A stretch of 64,000 bases of DNA from Myxococcota bacterium (GCA_036337435.1 JAYZEG010000006.1:1-64000); one strand, 5' to 3'. Shown: positions 19,846 to 30,190, counted from the stretch's first letter. Numbers and translations are program-made. The notes: generated from the letters alone by a model not told the origin.

Positions 19846-19920
19846 GTCTGCAGTGTTGATCGGGAGAGATGTTTCGTCAACCGCGTGACTGTTTTCGATG
19901 ACAATATTGATTCAGCTTTG

Positions 19921-19949
19921 TAGACGTGAACCGAGGTAAGCCGTAGAAT
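19921..19949 (+). promoter_or_regulatory. Sigma70-type promoter candidate for the kinase gene
   Basis: TAGACG-N17-TAGAAT ending 8 nt before the ATG at 19958. Confidence 0.5.
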
Positions 19950-19957
19950 CTGCACAC

Positions 19958-22480
19958 ATGCAAGAACGTTTTGGCCCATACGAGTTAATTGAACGCATTG
20001 CCGTCGGCGGAATGGCGGAGATCTTCCGCGCGAAGAGGACCGGTGTGCGTGGTTTTGAAAAAATCTATGCGGTCAAAAGGCTGCATCCACGCTATAGCCA
20101 AGATGACGATTTCATCGAGATGCTCGTTGATGAAGCACGGATCACTGTTCAATTAACGCATCCCAACATTGGCCAAACCATTGATCTCGGGCAAATCGAC
20201 GGTCATTACTACATTCTCATGGAATTTATCGACGGCCGTGACTTATACCGCGTCTTGCGCCGATTGCGGGAATCGCAACAGGCTATGCCCATCGAAGCTG
20301 CAGCTTTTCTCGCGATGGAAGCCTGTCAAGGGCTTCAATATGCTCACGATAAGAAAGATGGGGACGGTAAGCCGCTCAAGATCGTTCACCGTGATATCTC
20401 GCCCCAGAATGTGTTGGTGTCTTTTGAAGGCGAAGTGAAATTGATCGACTTTGGCATCGCCAAAGCTGAATTAAGGGCCTATGAGACTGAAGCTGGGATC
20501 ATAAAAGGGAACTTCTATTATATGTCTCCCGAGCAGGCTCGTGGGGAGATTCTCGATCATCGGACGGACATATTTAGCCTCGGGATTGTTTTGTACGAGA
20601 TGGTCACAGGCTCGCTGCTCTACAAGGACGACGATGAGATTACATTGCTCAGTCAAGTACGCCGCGCTGACATAGACCCACCGAGTCTGATTCGGCCTGA
20701 TATCCCGAGTCGTTTCGAACAAATCATCATGCGTGCTTTGGCCAAAGACCGAAGCGAACGCTACGCGCATGCCGGCCAAATGCGTCGAGAACTCGAGCGT
20801 TTTCTCAGAAGTTATGATGCGAGCTTCGATCGAGTCAAGCTCGGACGAATCATGCGAGATTTGTGGCGCGATGAGATCGGCAATGACCATGGACGCGAGC
20901 ATGACGATTCATTGGCGATTTTTGATGCGGCCAATACGACGGGCTTATCCGACTCCATAGCCTCCTTCGATGAAGCGAGCGATCCAACGGTGCTAGAAGG
21001 TGAAAGCGCGCCACAGGAGGAAAGCGTTTTCGAAATCAATTCGGGGATTGTGGAATTGGCACATGATTCCATTCCAACCGCTGAATCCCTGGATATGATC
21101 GAGGAGCCCAGCGTGGTCAACGGATTGCAGACCGCCAACAGCGTCGATCCGTCCGAAGATTTCTTTGAGAATGAGCCGACCCGAGCGTTCGATCGGGATG
21201 ACGAACTCGATGAACCGGATGAACCATCGGTGATCTACAAGGAGGAACAGCCGGCCCAACAGCCCGTTCCAGCACGGCCTCGGGTGATCGGCACGAAGCA
21301 GCGCAAAATGCCTGATGCTCGTGCTGACGATCCGGATGAGGTAGATTTTTCAGCTCAAGCGACCTCGATGTTGTCGGAAGAGGAGTTGGCATCGCCGCAT
21401 CCGGCCTGGAGTCCCCCAGTTGACGAAAACAAAAGCGGGTCGGGCGTCCCGCCACGGGCTCTCTTGGACAAGGCGAAAGATTTTTTCAAAGCTCGAAAGG
21501 ATTGGGTTGTGTTCGGTGCAGTCCTCTTCGGGATTGCTTTGCTGACGATGGTGATCACCCAACTGGTGGTCAGCGACAACAAACAAGGCGCACCTCAGCC
21601 AGAGCGTACTGCTGTACCGATTGGTAATGGGACTAGGCCTATTAACCGTGTCCCGGCGCGACCGGCTCAACGCTCCAAGGCCGTGAACGCTGTGGTCCGC
21701 ACCCAAGCGACGCTGGAGCTAAGAACAAAACCAAGTCGAGCCCAAATTTATATCGACAACATCAAGCAGGGAAATGAAATGACCCCGGCCAGTATTGCGA
21801 TTAAGCCTGGGCGGACTGTGCGTGTGAGGCTCGAAATGCAGTCTTACCATCCCCATTTGGTTGATGTGACATTGGGACAAGGTGAAACTCGAATTCTCGA
21901 CGTTGAACTAGACCCAATTTTGGCGACCATTCGAGTCGAATCTAATCCGTCTAATGCAACCGTTTTTATCAATGGCAAAGAGTGGGGGCAGACCAACACA
22001 ACCATTTCCAATCTTTCAACGGATGGCGTTTATCAAATCACCGTTAAGAAGGATGGCTTTGTGCCCTACCAGGAAACGGTCAAATGGTCGCGAGACAGTC
22101 GGCGATTCAATCAGACCATCAAGGCTGATCTAAAGGAAATCCAAATCGAGCCTTTAGTTCGCGAAGAAAATCTACGAAAAAAACGAGCTAAGAATCGCCG
22201 AGAACGCACAAGACGCAAGAGTCGCTCACGACGAAGCCACTCTTCGGCAAAGCCCAAAGGACGTGGGTCATTGAGCGTTATGGCAAGACCATGGGCATCG
22301 ATTTGGGTCGATGGACGATTTGTACGCGAGGAAACCCCGTTGATTCGATATCGATTAGGTGCTGGACGCCATCGAGTTAAAGCATGCTTTTTAGGCAACC
22401 GGCGAAGCTGCCAAACGAAGTCTGTAACGATTCGCGACGGTGAGGTCACGACCACGAAATTTATCGGTCGTTCAAGGTGA
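19958..22480 (+). CDS. Membrane Hanks-type Ser/Thr kinase with periplasmic PEGA domains
   Basis: GGMAEIF, AVK, HRDISPQN, DFG, YMSPEQ; acidic linker; TM WVVFGAVLFGIALLTMVITQLVV; PEGA-like repeats (RTKPSRAQIYID, ESNPSNATVFING, ARPWASIWVDG). Confidence 0.95.
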   Translation: MQERFGPYELIERIAVGGMAEIFRAKRTGVRGFEKIYAVKRLHPRYSQDDDFIEMLVDEARITVQLTHPNIGQTIDLGQIDGHYYILMEFIDGRDLYRVLRRLRESQQAMPIEAAAFLAMEACQGLQYAHDKKDGDGKPLKIVHRDISPQNVLVSFEGEVKLIDFGIAKAELRAYETEAGIIKGNFYYMSPEQARGEILDHRTDIFSLGIVLYEMVTGSLLYKDDDEITLLSQVRRADIDPPSLIRPDIPSRFEQIIMRALAKDRSERYAHAGQMRRELERFLRSYDASFDRVKLGRIMRDLWRDEIGNDHGREHDDSLAIFDAANTTGLSDSIASFDEASDPTVLEGESAPQEESVFEINSGIVELAHDSIPTAESLDMIEEPSVVNGLQTANSVDPSEDFFENEPTRAFDRDDELDEPDEPSVIYKEEQPAQQPVPARPRVIGTKQRKMPDARADDPDEVDFSAQATSMLSEEELASPHPAWSPPVDENKSGSGVPPRALLDKAKDFFKARKDWVVFGAVLFGIALLTMVITQLVVSDNKQGAPQPERTAVPIGNGTRPINRVPARPAQRSKAVNAVVRTQATLELRTKPSRAQIYIDNIKQGNEMTPASIAIKPGRTVRVRLEMQSYHPHLVDVTLGQGETRILDVELDPILATIRVESNPSNATVFINGKEWGQTNTTISNLSTDGVYQITVKKDGFVPYQETVKWSRDSRRFNQTIKADLKEIQIEPLVREENLRKKRAKNRRERTRRKSRSRRSHSSAKPKGRGSLSVMARPWASIWVDGRFVREETPLIRYRLGAGRHRVKACFLGNRRSCQTKSVTIRDGEVTTTKFIGRSR

Positions 22481-24351
22481 AGGGACCGGTTTTACTGTGG
22501 GGCTATATCCTGTGTTTTTGTCTCACCGTTTTGGCGTGTGAGCCGGCTCCTTCGGTGAGTTTGAACTCGATTACTGTTACGGCACCAAAAGCAGGCCGCG
22601 TCTTAATCAATGGAATTGAGCAGTTTGTCAGCCCATCTGAACCAACCACGTTTGAGGGCTCTTTTGGAGAGAAATTCGACATAACGTTTGTGTCTGACAC
22701 CGACCGTCTTACTCTCCTTGATGTGCGTACGCCGTCGGTGAGTTTTGAGTCTTTTATGACCACAGATGATTTTGTTCGTGCTCGCCGAACGCAAGTCTTT
22801 TTCAGGTTAGAACCTGAAGAACACGCCGATATGGTCGTTGTGTCAGATGGAGAGATTTTCTATCCGAACCGGATCGACGATAGTTCGACGCTGAGCATTG
22901 ATGTCCCTGCGGGCGTCCCGCTTACAGCACTCGCACTATGGCGCGGTCCTGACGAGTTCGGGTGGACCATCCGCCAATTGGATTTACCAGAGACTTTGAC
23001 AGGTCGCGAAATTGTTCTCCAACCAGATGTTGAGCCTGCCCAAGAGTTGCTTACCCAAACGCTCAACAGTCCAGTTGGCTGGATGACGACAGAGTTGGTC
23101 TACAGAGGAATCAGGACCGGATTGATGGTTGGAGAAGGCCACGTCAGTCCCCGCCAGGGCGTCGCGGTTCCATCCCTGGGTCAAGACGATGACGACCTGA
23201 GTTTCTGGACTCATATCGTGGCCCGTTCAACGGCCTCTAACCAACCCATTGCGGCTGCAGGCTTGTCCATTGAGTTTGGTCGGTCTTCTTTGGGTCTTGA
23301 ATGGCCAGCCCCACCCCAAGTCAGTCCCGTCGCGCGGACGGAATTGGACGCAACCCCACTGCCGGCACAAGGTACGACATTTGAGTTTGATTCCCAGCCG
23401 CAAACCGATGGCTATTATGACATTCACCTGACAGCCCTCGGCTCCTGTCAATCCCTCGATTGGAGATTGATCACACCCATCAGAAATGGCGTCAGCCTCC
23501 CCGAGATTTATGGTGACCGGATCTTCGAAGCACCCCTGATTCGCGGGCGAATAGAACGGGTTGAAACGGCGGGTTTGTCTCTCCGGGAGATGATCTCTAG
23601 TCAAACCGAACCAATGACATACCCGCAAAAGATGGGTCAGGTCATCGGGCGCGCCGTCCAAGGGCATTGGCGACGCGATGAAGCGTGTGAGGTTGATGCG
23701 CTCTTCGGTCGGTTTGCCATTTATCGAGCTGACGAATCTCAATGCCCGATTGCGGGTGTGTCAGATACCTACATGATCGGTCGTTGTGGCGACTTAATTC
23801 GGACTGGTGTTGGGAGCGTGGACCAACCGGAACATTGTGGTGCCTTCTCAGCGACTGAATTCGTCTCTTACGTCGGACAAGCACTGCCTGTCGTTGAACT
23901 GGCCCCGTTCGGCTACACCGTCGGTGCTGGGGTCACAGGCTTTTTGGTTGTTCCCATTGAGCCACCTTCGATGACAGCTGACAGTCAATTGGTAGGTGAG
24001 TGGTTTGAATATGAAATCACTGAACAAGACTTTATCGAAGGGCCCGACGCTGTCGATAGCCCTCAGAATGACCCGGTCCGGATCGCCGTTGGACGGCGAA
24101 AAGGAGGCCCTTGGCTCACGGTCGATGCATCGGGTCGCGCGCGAAGTGTCGGCCATTTGGCGCGGTTTGACTTGTCTCTTCGGACCGATGGCGAAAAGGA
24201 ATTTTTTGAAGTCGATGCACCCGGCTGTCGACGTTATCCGCGCCAACTGGTTCGCTCACCGGCAGACGATGATGTCCTTTTACTGACGGAACGCATTCCG
24301 TATGAAGTGCCGGGGGAATACCGGCAGCGCATTTATACCTTTCGACGCTAA
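22477..24351 (+). CDS. Hypothetical beta-rich lipoprotein, coupled to the kinase gene
   Basis: GTGA overlap with the kinase stop; lipobox VLAC; 624 aa open frame. Confidence 0.75.
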   Translation: MKGPVLLWGYILCFCLTVLACEPAPSVSLNSITVTAPKAGRVLINGIEQFVSPSEPTTFEGSFGEKFDITFVSDTDRLTLLDVRTPSVSFESFMTTDDFVRARRTQVFFRLEPEEHADMVVVSDGEIFYPNRIDDSSTLSIDVPAGVPLTALALWRGPDEFGWTIRQLDLPETLTGREIVLQPDVEPAQELLTQTLNSPVGWMTTELVYRGIRTGLMVGEGHVSPRQGVAVPSLGQDDDDLSFWTHIVARSTASNQPIAAAGLSIEFGRSSLGLEWPAPPQVSPVARTELDATPLPAQGTTFEFDSQPQTDGYYDIHLTALGSCQSLDWRLITPIRNGVSLPEIYGDRIFEAPLIRGRIERVETAGLSLREMISSQTEPMTYPQKMGQVIGRAVQGHWRRDEACEVDALFGRFAIYRADESQCPIAGVSDTYMIGRCGDLIRTGVGSVDQPEHCGAFSATEFVSYVGQALPVVELAPFGYTVGAGVTGFLVVPIEPPSMTADSQLVGEWFEYEITEQDFIEGPDAVDSPQNDPVRIAVGRRKGGPWLTVDASGRARSVGHLARFDLSLRTDGEKEFFEVDAPGCRRYPRQLVRSPADDDVLLLTERIPYEVPGEYRQRIYTFRR

Positions 24352-24408
24352 GGTATTTGAGTTTGAACCAAATGACACGTTGTCAAACGTCAGCGTTGTA
24401 TTCTGACC

Positions 24409-26913
24409 TCATCGTTTAAACCGAAATGGGACAATAGAAAGTGCTGTTCCCGGCTCGAAAAGAAGAAATGATGAAGTGAGGGAACGGTAATAGTCTGTCA
24501 CGAAGGGGGGTAGGTTCAGGGGCATGTGATTCGGTCTCTGGTCAGTTTGTGTTCGCGCCAATGGGAGTGACCCAAAACTCCACCCAGCAGCCGGTCTAGG
24601 TTCGATGCGGATAGCCAGAGTAGAAAGAGGTTGGCCTGTTAACTCAGCCGCGTCTCGAAGGGTTTCTAAAAAGCCTTGATTTCCATCTAAAAGACCATTG
24701 TCTTTTGCTTGGATACCCATCCAAACACGGCCGGCAGCGCGTGCTTTAATCTCGTCGCGCGTGAGATTCTTTCTGCCGGCGGAGACCCGATCCAAAAAGA
24801 CATTGTAATAGGCGTCCATGCTACGTTGGATGGCAGCACGTTCACTGTTCGACCAAGGCTGAGTTATGCTCAGCATAGCTGCATGGCGACCGCGCAAAAA
24901 ATAAGTTCGATTGGCCCCCAAGCGATCGAGGAGCGTCTGGCCACTGACTTTACCGGCGAAGACTCCGATGCTGCCGGTGACTGACATGTCACTTGCATAG
25001 ATTTTTCTCGCCGCCGAGGCGACATAATACCCGCCGGATGCCGCGACATCTCCCATTGAGACCAAGACTGGTTTGACCTGATTCACCCGCTGAACAGCCC
25101 GCCATATGGAATCTGATGCCGAAACGGAACCGCCAGGACTATCAATTCGAATCACAACGGCTTTGATATCACTGTTGGTTCGAAGACGTTCGAGTGCCGC
25201 CACGATGGTTTTTGAGCCGCTACTCGCTGCACCAAAAACCGGATTTTGATTTGAGGCTCCATCCGTGATTGTACCAGTGACAAAGACAGCGGCGATGGAG
25301 TCAGGGTGTCCCCAGTGTCTATTGGTTGGCCTCAAAAACGCTGAAGCCGGCATGAGCCGAGCACTTTTACCGAATTCTTTGTGGAAGAGTGATTCGAACT
25401 CGTCGTAGTGAATCACGCGATCGACAAGACCCGCATTCAGAGCACGTTTCGCGGTATACGGTCCATCGTCAATGATGGCCTTGACCTCAGCGGTGCTTTT
25501 TTGTCTGCCCGTGGCGATCTTCTTGACCACATCTTCGTAGAGGGTGTTCACCATTTGAGTTTGAACCTCTTTTGATGCGTCAGAAGGTTTGGACTTGGTA
25601 AAGGTCTCCGGAAAAGTCTTATACGCGCCGGTCGTCACAAATTCCGCATCGACGCCCAAGCGGTCAAGACCGGTTTTTATGTGGTCACTTTGGCCCACAA
25701 CGCCTGTGAGTAGGAGTCCGCCGCTGGGCGTAATTAAAATTCGATTTGCTCCAGCGACGGCCGCATAAGTGCGGGTATCCCCAGCCGGCATCCATACATA
25801 AACCAACTTGCCGGCGTCCTTCAATTTTTGGATCCGGACCGCCAATTCACTTGCCTGACCCCAGCCGATTTGTCTCGACCGTACATCAAGTAGAACGCCC
25901 TGCACCCGTGCGGTTGATGCCAAGTCGTCGAGGGTGCGCAGGAGATTTAGGAATGGCGCGTGTGCTTCAGGGGTGAAAAAACCGGTGACTTGGTACTCAT
26001 TGGTGTTGTCCATGATGACATGAGCAAATTTGACTCGGCTGGTTGGGAGTGGTCGAGACTCACCTGGCCTGCTGGTTCGCAGCGTAAAGACAGCATTTGA
26101 CGAATCTGAGTTCAAACGACCTGCTGCACCCTCCACGGCGAAGCCTGCATCCAGCCCCGAATTCCAATTAAAACCCAATAGAATGCGCTTTTCATCAGCG
26201 TCGCTTTGCCTCGTTTCATCGAAGCGAGCAATGAGTCCCAGGGGACCATAGACTTGCCAAACACCTCGAATCCCGTAGGCGAGGGCGTCGCTGTCTTCCG
26301 TTAATTCTGCCAGTCCGCTCAATTGGACACGGGTCGTACCCGGCCTGAGTGCGAGCCCGAGTCGCCAAACTCTGGGCAGATCTTGATCGCCTACGGTGGG
26401 CCGATTCACATTCATTGCTGTGGCGCCAGCCGCCAGCCAGCGCGATGGTCGGATTTGGAGACCTGCCGTGATTTGATTTAAGCCATCGAACGCACCCCAC
26501 TGGCTGCCTGACAAGTGATGCCAAGTCAGTCCAAGTCCTATGTAAGGTCCAAGGCGAATCGCATTTGCCCATGACCATCTCGCTGGAAGCGATGTTTGTT
26601 CGCCGGGCAACTGCATACGCTCGTAAGCGAGTCCCGTCGCCAGGCTCAGGCCGAGTCGGCCACTCATCATGAGTGCGTAGCCATGCCCACTGCGGTCAGT
26701 CTCACCGGTTGCATGCGTAAACGACAGTTGCAGCGATTCACCGAAAATGAGGCCTGCCGGGTTGATTATCACCGCCTCGGCATGGTCACCAGCGACCGGG
26801 TCAGCGTAGGGTTGAATAACCAGTTCGTTATTCGGCTGGCCGGATACGTTTGCCCCCCAGAGACAGCAAAGCAATAGGATCGGAAGGCAACGAAAACCCG
26901 AAAAACTTTTCAT
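24409..26913 (-). CDS. sppA: Signal peptide peptidase SppA (S49, tandem domains) with N-terminal beta-stranded extension
   Basis: GAYK (catalytic Lys), RIDSPGGS, AASGGYY, TGSIGV, GRVWMG; about 280 aa of amphipathic beta strands (NPAGL motif) after a signal peptide. Confidence 0.9.
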   Translation of the reverse strand: MKSFSGFRCLPILLLCCLWGANVSGQPNNELVIQPYADPVAGDHAEAVIINPAGLIFGESLQLSFTHATGETDRSGHGYALMMSGRLGLSLATGLAYERMQLPGEQTSLPARWSWANAIRLGPYIGLGLTWHHLSGSQWGAFDGLNQITAGLQIRPSRWLAAGATAMNVNRPTVGDQDLPRVWRLGLALRPGTTRVQLSGLAELTEDSDALAYGIRGVWQVYGPLGLIARFDETRQSDADEKRILLGFNWNSGLDAGFAVEGAAGRLNSDSSNAVFTLRTSRPGESRPLPTSRVKFAHVIMDNTNEYQVTGFFTPEAHAPFLNLLRTLDDLASTARVQGVLLDVRSRQIGWGQASELAVRIQKLKDAGKLVYVWMPAGDTRTYAAVAGANRILITPSGGLLLTGVVGQSDHIKTGLDRLGVDAEFVTTGAYKTFPETFTKSKPSDASKEVQTQMVNTLYEDVVKKIATGRQKSTAEVKAIIDDGPYTAKRALNAGLVDRVIHYDEFESLFHKEFGKSARLMPASAFLRPTNRHWGHPDSIAAVFVTGTITDGASNQNPVFGAASSGSKTIVAALERLRTNSDIKAVVIRIDSPGGSVSASDSIWRAVQRVNQVKPVLVSMGDVAASGGYYVASAARKIYASDMSVTGSIGVFAGKVSGQTLLDRLGANRTYFLRGRHAAMLSITQPWSNSERAAIQRSMDAYYNVFLDRVSAGRKNLTRDEIKARAAGRVWMGIQAKDNGLLDGNQGFLETLRDAAELTGQPLSTLAIRIEPRPAAGWSFGSLPLARTQTDQRPNHMPLNLPPFVTDYYRSLTSSFLLFEPGTALSIVPFRFKR

Positions 26914-26921
26914 ACTAACCC

Positions 26922-29336
26922 TTATTCATCAGCGAGTAAGACCGCAGTCACACCATCACCACCCTCGTGCCGGAGACCAGGGCGTTGTTCTGAGACGTAT
27001 GGACTCGACCGAAGCCAACTACGGACTTCTTGTTTCAAGGCACCCGTTCCATGCCCATGGATGATAAATGCACTGCCAAAGTCGCGGCCGTAGCACATAT
27101 CCAAAAACTGTTCGACCCGTGCCAAGGCGTCAGAGACTCTGGCACCGCGCAGATCGAGGGTGTTGTCAGGAATTTGAGGCGAAACTGCATCCCAACCTTT
27201 CTTCTTTGGTCGAGTCGAGGCTTTCTGAGTCCGCAGCTCTTTTTTCTTCTCTTCTTTACCGAAGCGATTCGATCGCAGGTCGCTCAGGTCTACTTTGGCC
27301 GTCATAATGCCCGCCTTGACCTCACACCGTCCTTTGGCGTCTGGTCCCGACGTCAGCGTCGCCTGGGCGCGAAGCGAAACAACCCATACTGCCTGACCGA
27401 TCGTCAGACTGGCCGGGTCTAATTCGGGGCCGGCCATCGCATGCTCCGCCTCCTGGGCAGTTTGGCTGAGTTTACTGGCAACATCACCGGCCTTTTTCTG
27501 AGCCGTCTCAAGCCAATCAGCGTCTCCCGCGACCACTTTTTTTCGGATGCTCTTTCGAATCTGCTTCAGATCGTCTCGCAGTTTTCGGGCATCGGTCAGT
27601 GCGGCACTCTGCTCGTTCTCAAGACCTTTCTTCAGCCTCTCTTTGAGTTTTTTGTCTCTTGCTTCGAACGATTTTCGTGCGATTTCGAGTCGGATGCTCT
27701 CTTGCTCGGCACTCGTCCGAAACTTGTGTAGTTGATCTCGTTCTTGTTCGAGAGTCTCGATGACGTTTTGAAGTGCCTGTTGTTGTGGTCCGGCAAGTTC
27801 TTCAGCCCGTCTTACAATTTGGTCGTCCAGCCCGAGCCGCCTGGCTGTTTGCAAAGCACTCGATGCCCCTGGAGAATCGAGACTTAAACGATACGAGGGT
27901 TGGCCTGTGGACGGATCGAAGCCCATCGCTCCATTTCGAAATCGGTCGTCGGTAAAGGGCAGTAATTTGAGCGTTTCATAATGCGTTGTCACAATGACTT
28001 TTGCACCCAGTTCTGCGAATGCTTCCAGGATCGCTTGCGCCAGTGCAGCACCTTGTACGGGATCTGTACCCACGACCAATTCATCCAGTAAGACCAAGGA
28101 ATGCTCTTCCAGTTTGCCAAAGATGAGATTGAGGTTGGCGATATGACCGCTGAATGTCGACAAACTTTCGTCTAAGTTTTGTTCATCACCTATGTCGGAA
28201 AAAATACTTGGCGATAGGGGGACTTTTGAGCCAGGTGCGGCTGGAATATGCAGTCCGGACAGCGCCATTGTGACGCAGAGCCCCACCGTTTTCAGGGCAA
28301 CGGTTTTACCACCGGTGTTCGGTCCAGTCAGTACGAGGACCGCATGTTGACCATCTAACTCGATATCATTTGGCACAACATCTGTTCCACTCAGTAACAG
28401 CAGCGGATGTCGGGCGTTCTTTAGCGACAATGTCGATCCCTGACCGATGACCGGTTGCGAACAGGTCATTTCAGAGCTGAGGTGACCACATGCCCATGCA
28501 TAATCTAGCTTACCCAAGGTCTCGAGGGCCTGCTCGATCTCGTTCGCTTGCCGCCCAACCTGAGCCGACAGTTTACTGAGAATGCGGCGTACCTCTCGAT
28601 CGACCTCTGCTTGTGCCAAGACCAATCGATTATTGGCGTCAACCACCTTTTGCGGCTCTATGTAGACGGTGGCTCCGCTGCCCGACCACCCATGGACAAT
28701 ACCATCAACGTGATTTTTGTGGCCGCTGCGGATCGGCAAGACATATCGGTCTTCTCTAATCGTGAAGTACTCGTCTTGTAGCATGCCTTCAAAACTTGAA
28801 TCGTTGACGAGCCCGTGAACAGTGTCTTTGAGCTGCGAATGGAGTGTCTCAACTCGATTGCGAAGATCGTAAAGGTCGCCACTTGCGTGCTCAGAGAGTT
28901 CGCCACGGTCGTTGAAGCAAATCCGCAACTCGGCTTCTAAATCGGCTTGTTCGACTAAATCAGCAACAAAGTTAAACATCAGAGGTGCTGATTCCCCGAT
29001 TTCCAAGAGTTGGCGTCGACAACGGCGGATTGATTCCAGAACAGCACCGATGGCGACCAGTTCATCTGGACTCAATGTGCCGCCTCGGGCCGCGAGTCGG
29101 GCTGCGGGCCGCACATCTCCTGGTTGTCCAATGGGAAGGCGATATCCCTGATCAAAAAGACGACGCGCTTCCGAGGTTAAGGCCAAGGATTCCGAGATCT
29201 CAACCCGACTCGATAAGGGTAAGAGCGATCTCGCGCGGTCGTATGCCAATGGGGTTCGGCAGCGGTCAGCGATCGCCTCTCGAATTCGATTCCAGTCTAG
29301 GTGGGTTTGGCTTTTCTGCGTGATTGTAGTCGACAT
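26922..29336 (-). CDS. mutS2: MutS2 (MutS ATPase, coiled coil, KOW and Smr domains)
   Basis: TGPNTGGKT, DIGDEQ...LSTFSGH, LLDE, TTHY and Smr IIHGHGTGALK...GDGVT. Start moved to ATG 29336 (MSTTITQKSQTHLDW). Confidence 0.95.
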   Translation of the reverse strand: MSTTITQKSQTHLDWNRIREAIADRCRTPLAYDRARSLLPLSSRVEISESLALTSEARRLFDQGYRLPIGQPGDVRPAARLAARGGTLSPDELVAIGAVLESIRRCRRQLLEIGESAPLMFNFVADLVEQADLEAELRICFNDRGELSEHASGDLYDLRNRVETLHSQLKDTVHGLVNDSSFEGMLQDEYFTIREDRYVLPIRSGHKNHVDGIVHGWSGSGATVYIEPQKVVDANNRLVLAQAEVDREVRRILSKLSAQVGRQANEIEQALETLGKLDYAWACGHLSSEMTCSQPVIGQGSTLSLKNARHPLLLLSGTDVVPNDIELDGQHAVLVLTGPNTGGKTVALKTVGLCVTMALSGLHIPAAPGSKVPLSPSIFSDIGDEQNLDESLSTFSGHIANLNLIFGKLEEHSLVLLDELVVGTDPVQGAALAQAILEAFAELGAKVIVTTHYETLKLLPFTDDRFRNGAMGFDPSTGQPSYRLSLDSPGASSALQTARRLGLDDQIVRRAEELAGPQQQALQNVIETLEQERDQLHKFRTSAEQESIRLEIARKSFEARDKKLKERLKKGLENEQSAALTDARKLRDDLKQIRKSIRKKVVAGDADWLETAQKKAGDVASKLSQTAQEAEHAMAGPELDPASLTIGQAVWVVSLRAQATLTSGPDAKGRCEVKAGIMTAKVDLSDLRSNRFGKEEKKKELRTQKASTRPKKKGWDAVSPQIPDNTLDLRGARVSDALARVEQFLDMCYGRDFGSAFIIHGHGTGALKQEVRSWLRSSPYVSEQRPGLRHEGGDGVTAVLLADE

Positions 29337-29503
29337 ATGATGCCATGAGTCGTGCGATTGGATGCAATATGCGCGTCTTAGAAATTTGGTGCAAGGATGG
29401 ACTCCCAAGTCTTTTCGTTCGGCACTGTTTGACGGGAACTTTTTTGCTTTGTAGAGCATCGAATTAGCGCAGGTTAGGAAGCATCGCTTAGGGCAGGCAC
29501 AGG

Positions 29504-30190
29504 TTGGAAAAGCGACCAAAAGTAATTGTGAGCCGTTGCTTGACTGGGATTGCTGTTCGCTATGACGGGCGGCATAAAAGCCAAGATTGGTTAGACGCGT
29601 TAGCGCAGCACGTTTCATTTGTCGATCTCTGTCCAGAAGTGGACGCGGGTCACCCGGTTCCGCGACCGCCCATTGATGTTTACCTGACGCCAAGTGGAAC
29701 GATGGAATTGCGAGAGTCACTGGACGGTATAGACAAGTCATCAGCCATACGGTCGCTGAGCTTGAAATGGAAAGGGCACTTGAGCAGGACGCCCGTTGAC
29801 GGTGTTGTTCTTAAAGCCCATTCGCCCAGTTGTGCCATCGACAATGCTGTTTATTTTGATGCAGAGTCGGGGCGGTCATCAGGCCGAGGTCCTGGTATGT
29901 TCGCAAAGACGATACTCAGTGCCCACCCGAGTCTACCCAGGGCGGATGAACAACAATTACAGACAGCTGAGCATCGGATGCGGTTTAAGGCGGAAGTACT
30001 CGTTCATAACCGGCTGAGAAGAAATCAACTCGCTGCCGGTGATTGTCTTCCCCTAAGACGTTTGGTTGAAGGCATATGCCCTGAAGGGGACCCACTTGAA
30101 TTGGTCGACTATACGAATATCAAGGCGGCCGTGGGCCGACTGTCGAGGGCCGAATTGTCGACCGTCAATGTCTGGCCGGACGGCCCGTAA
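29504..30190 (+). CDS. DUF523 / 2-thiouracil desulfidase (TudS)-family Fe-S protein
   Basis: VSRCL.G..VRYDG, CPEV..G..VPR, LK..SPSC and G.G.FA motifs. Confidence 0.85.
   Translation: MEKRPKVIVSRCLTGIAVRYDGRHKSQDWLDALAQHVSFVDLCPEVDAGHPVPRPPIDVYLTPSGTMELRESLDGIDKSSAIRSLSLKWKGHLSRTPVDGVVLKAHSPSCAIDNAVYFDAESGRSSGRGPGMFAKTILSAHPSLPRADEQQLQTAEHRMRFKAEVLVHNRLRRNQLAAGDCLPLRRLVEGICPEGDPLELVDYTNIKAAVGRLSRAELSTVNVWPDGP

Noticed and set aside
29337..29741. 135-aa N-terminal extension of MutS2 overlapping the DUF523 gene
   Set aside because: Artefact of taking the most upstream start. MutS2 similarity begins at ATG 29336, and a TTGCAC-N17-CATATT promoter candidate lies in the supposed extension.
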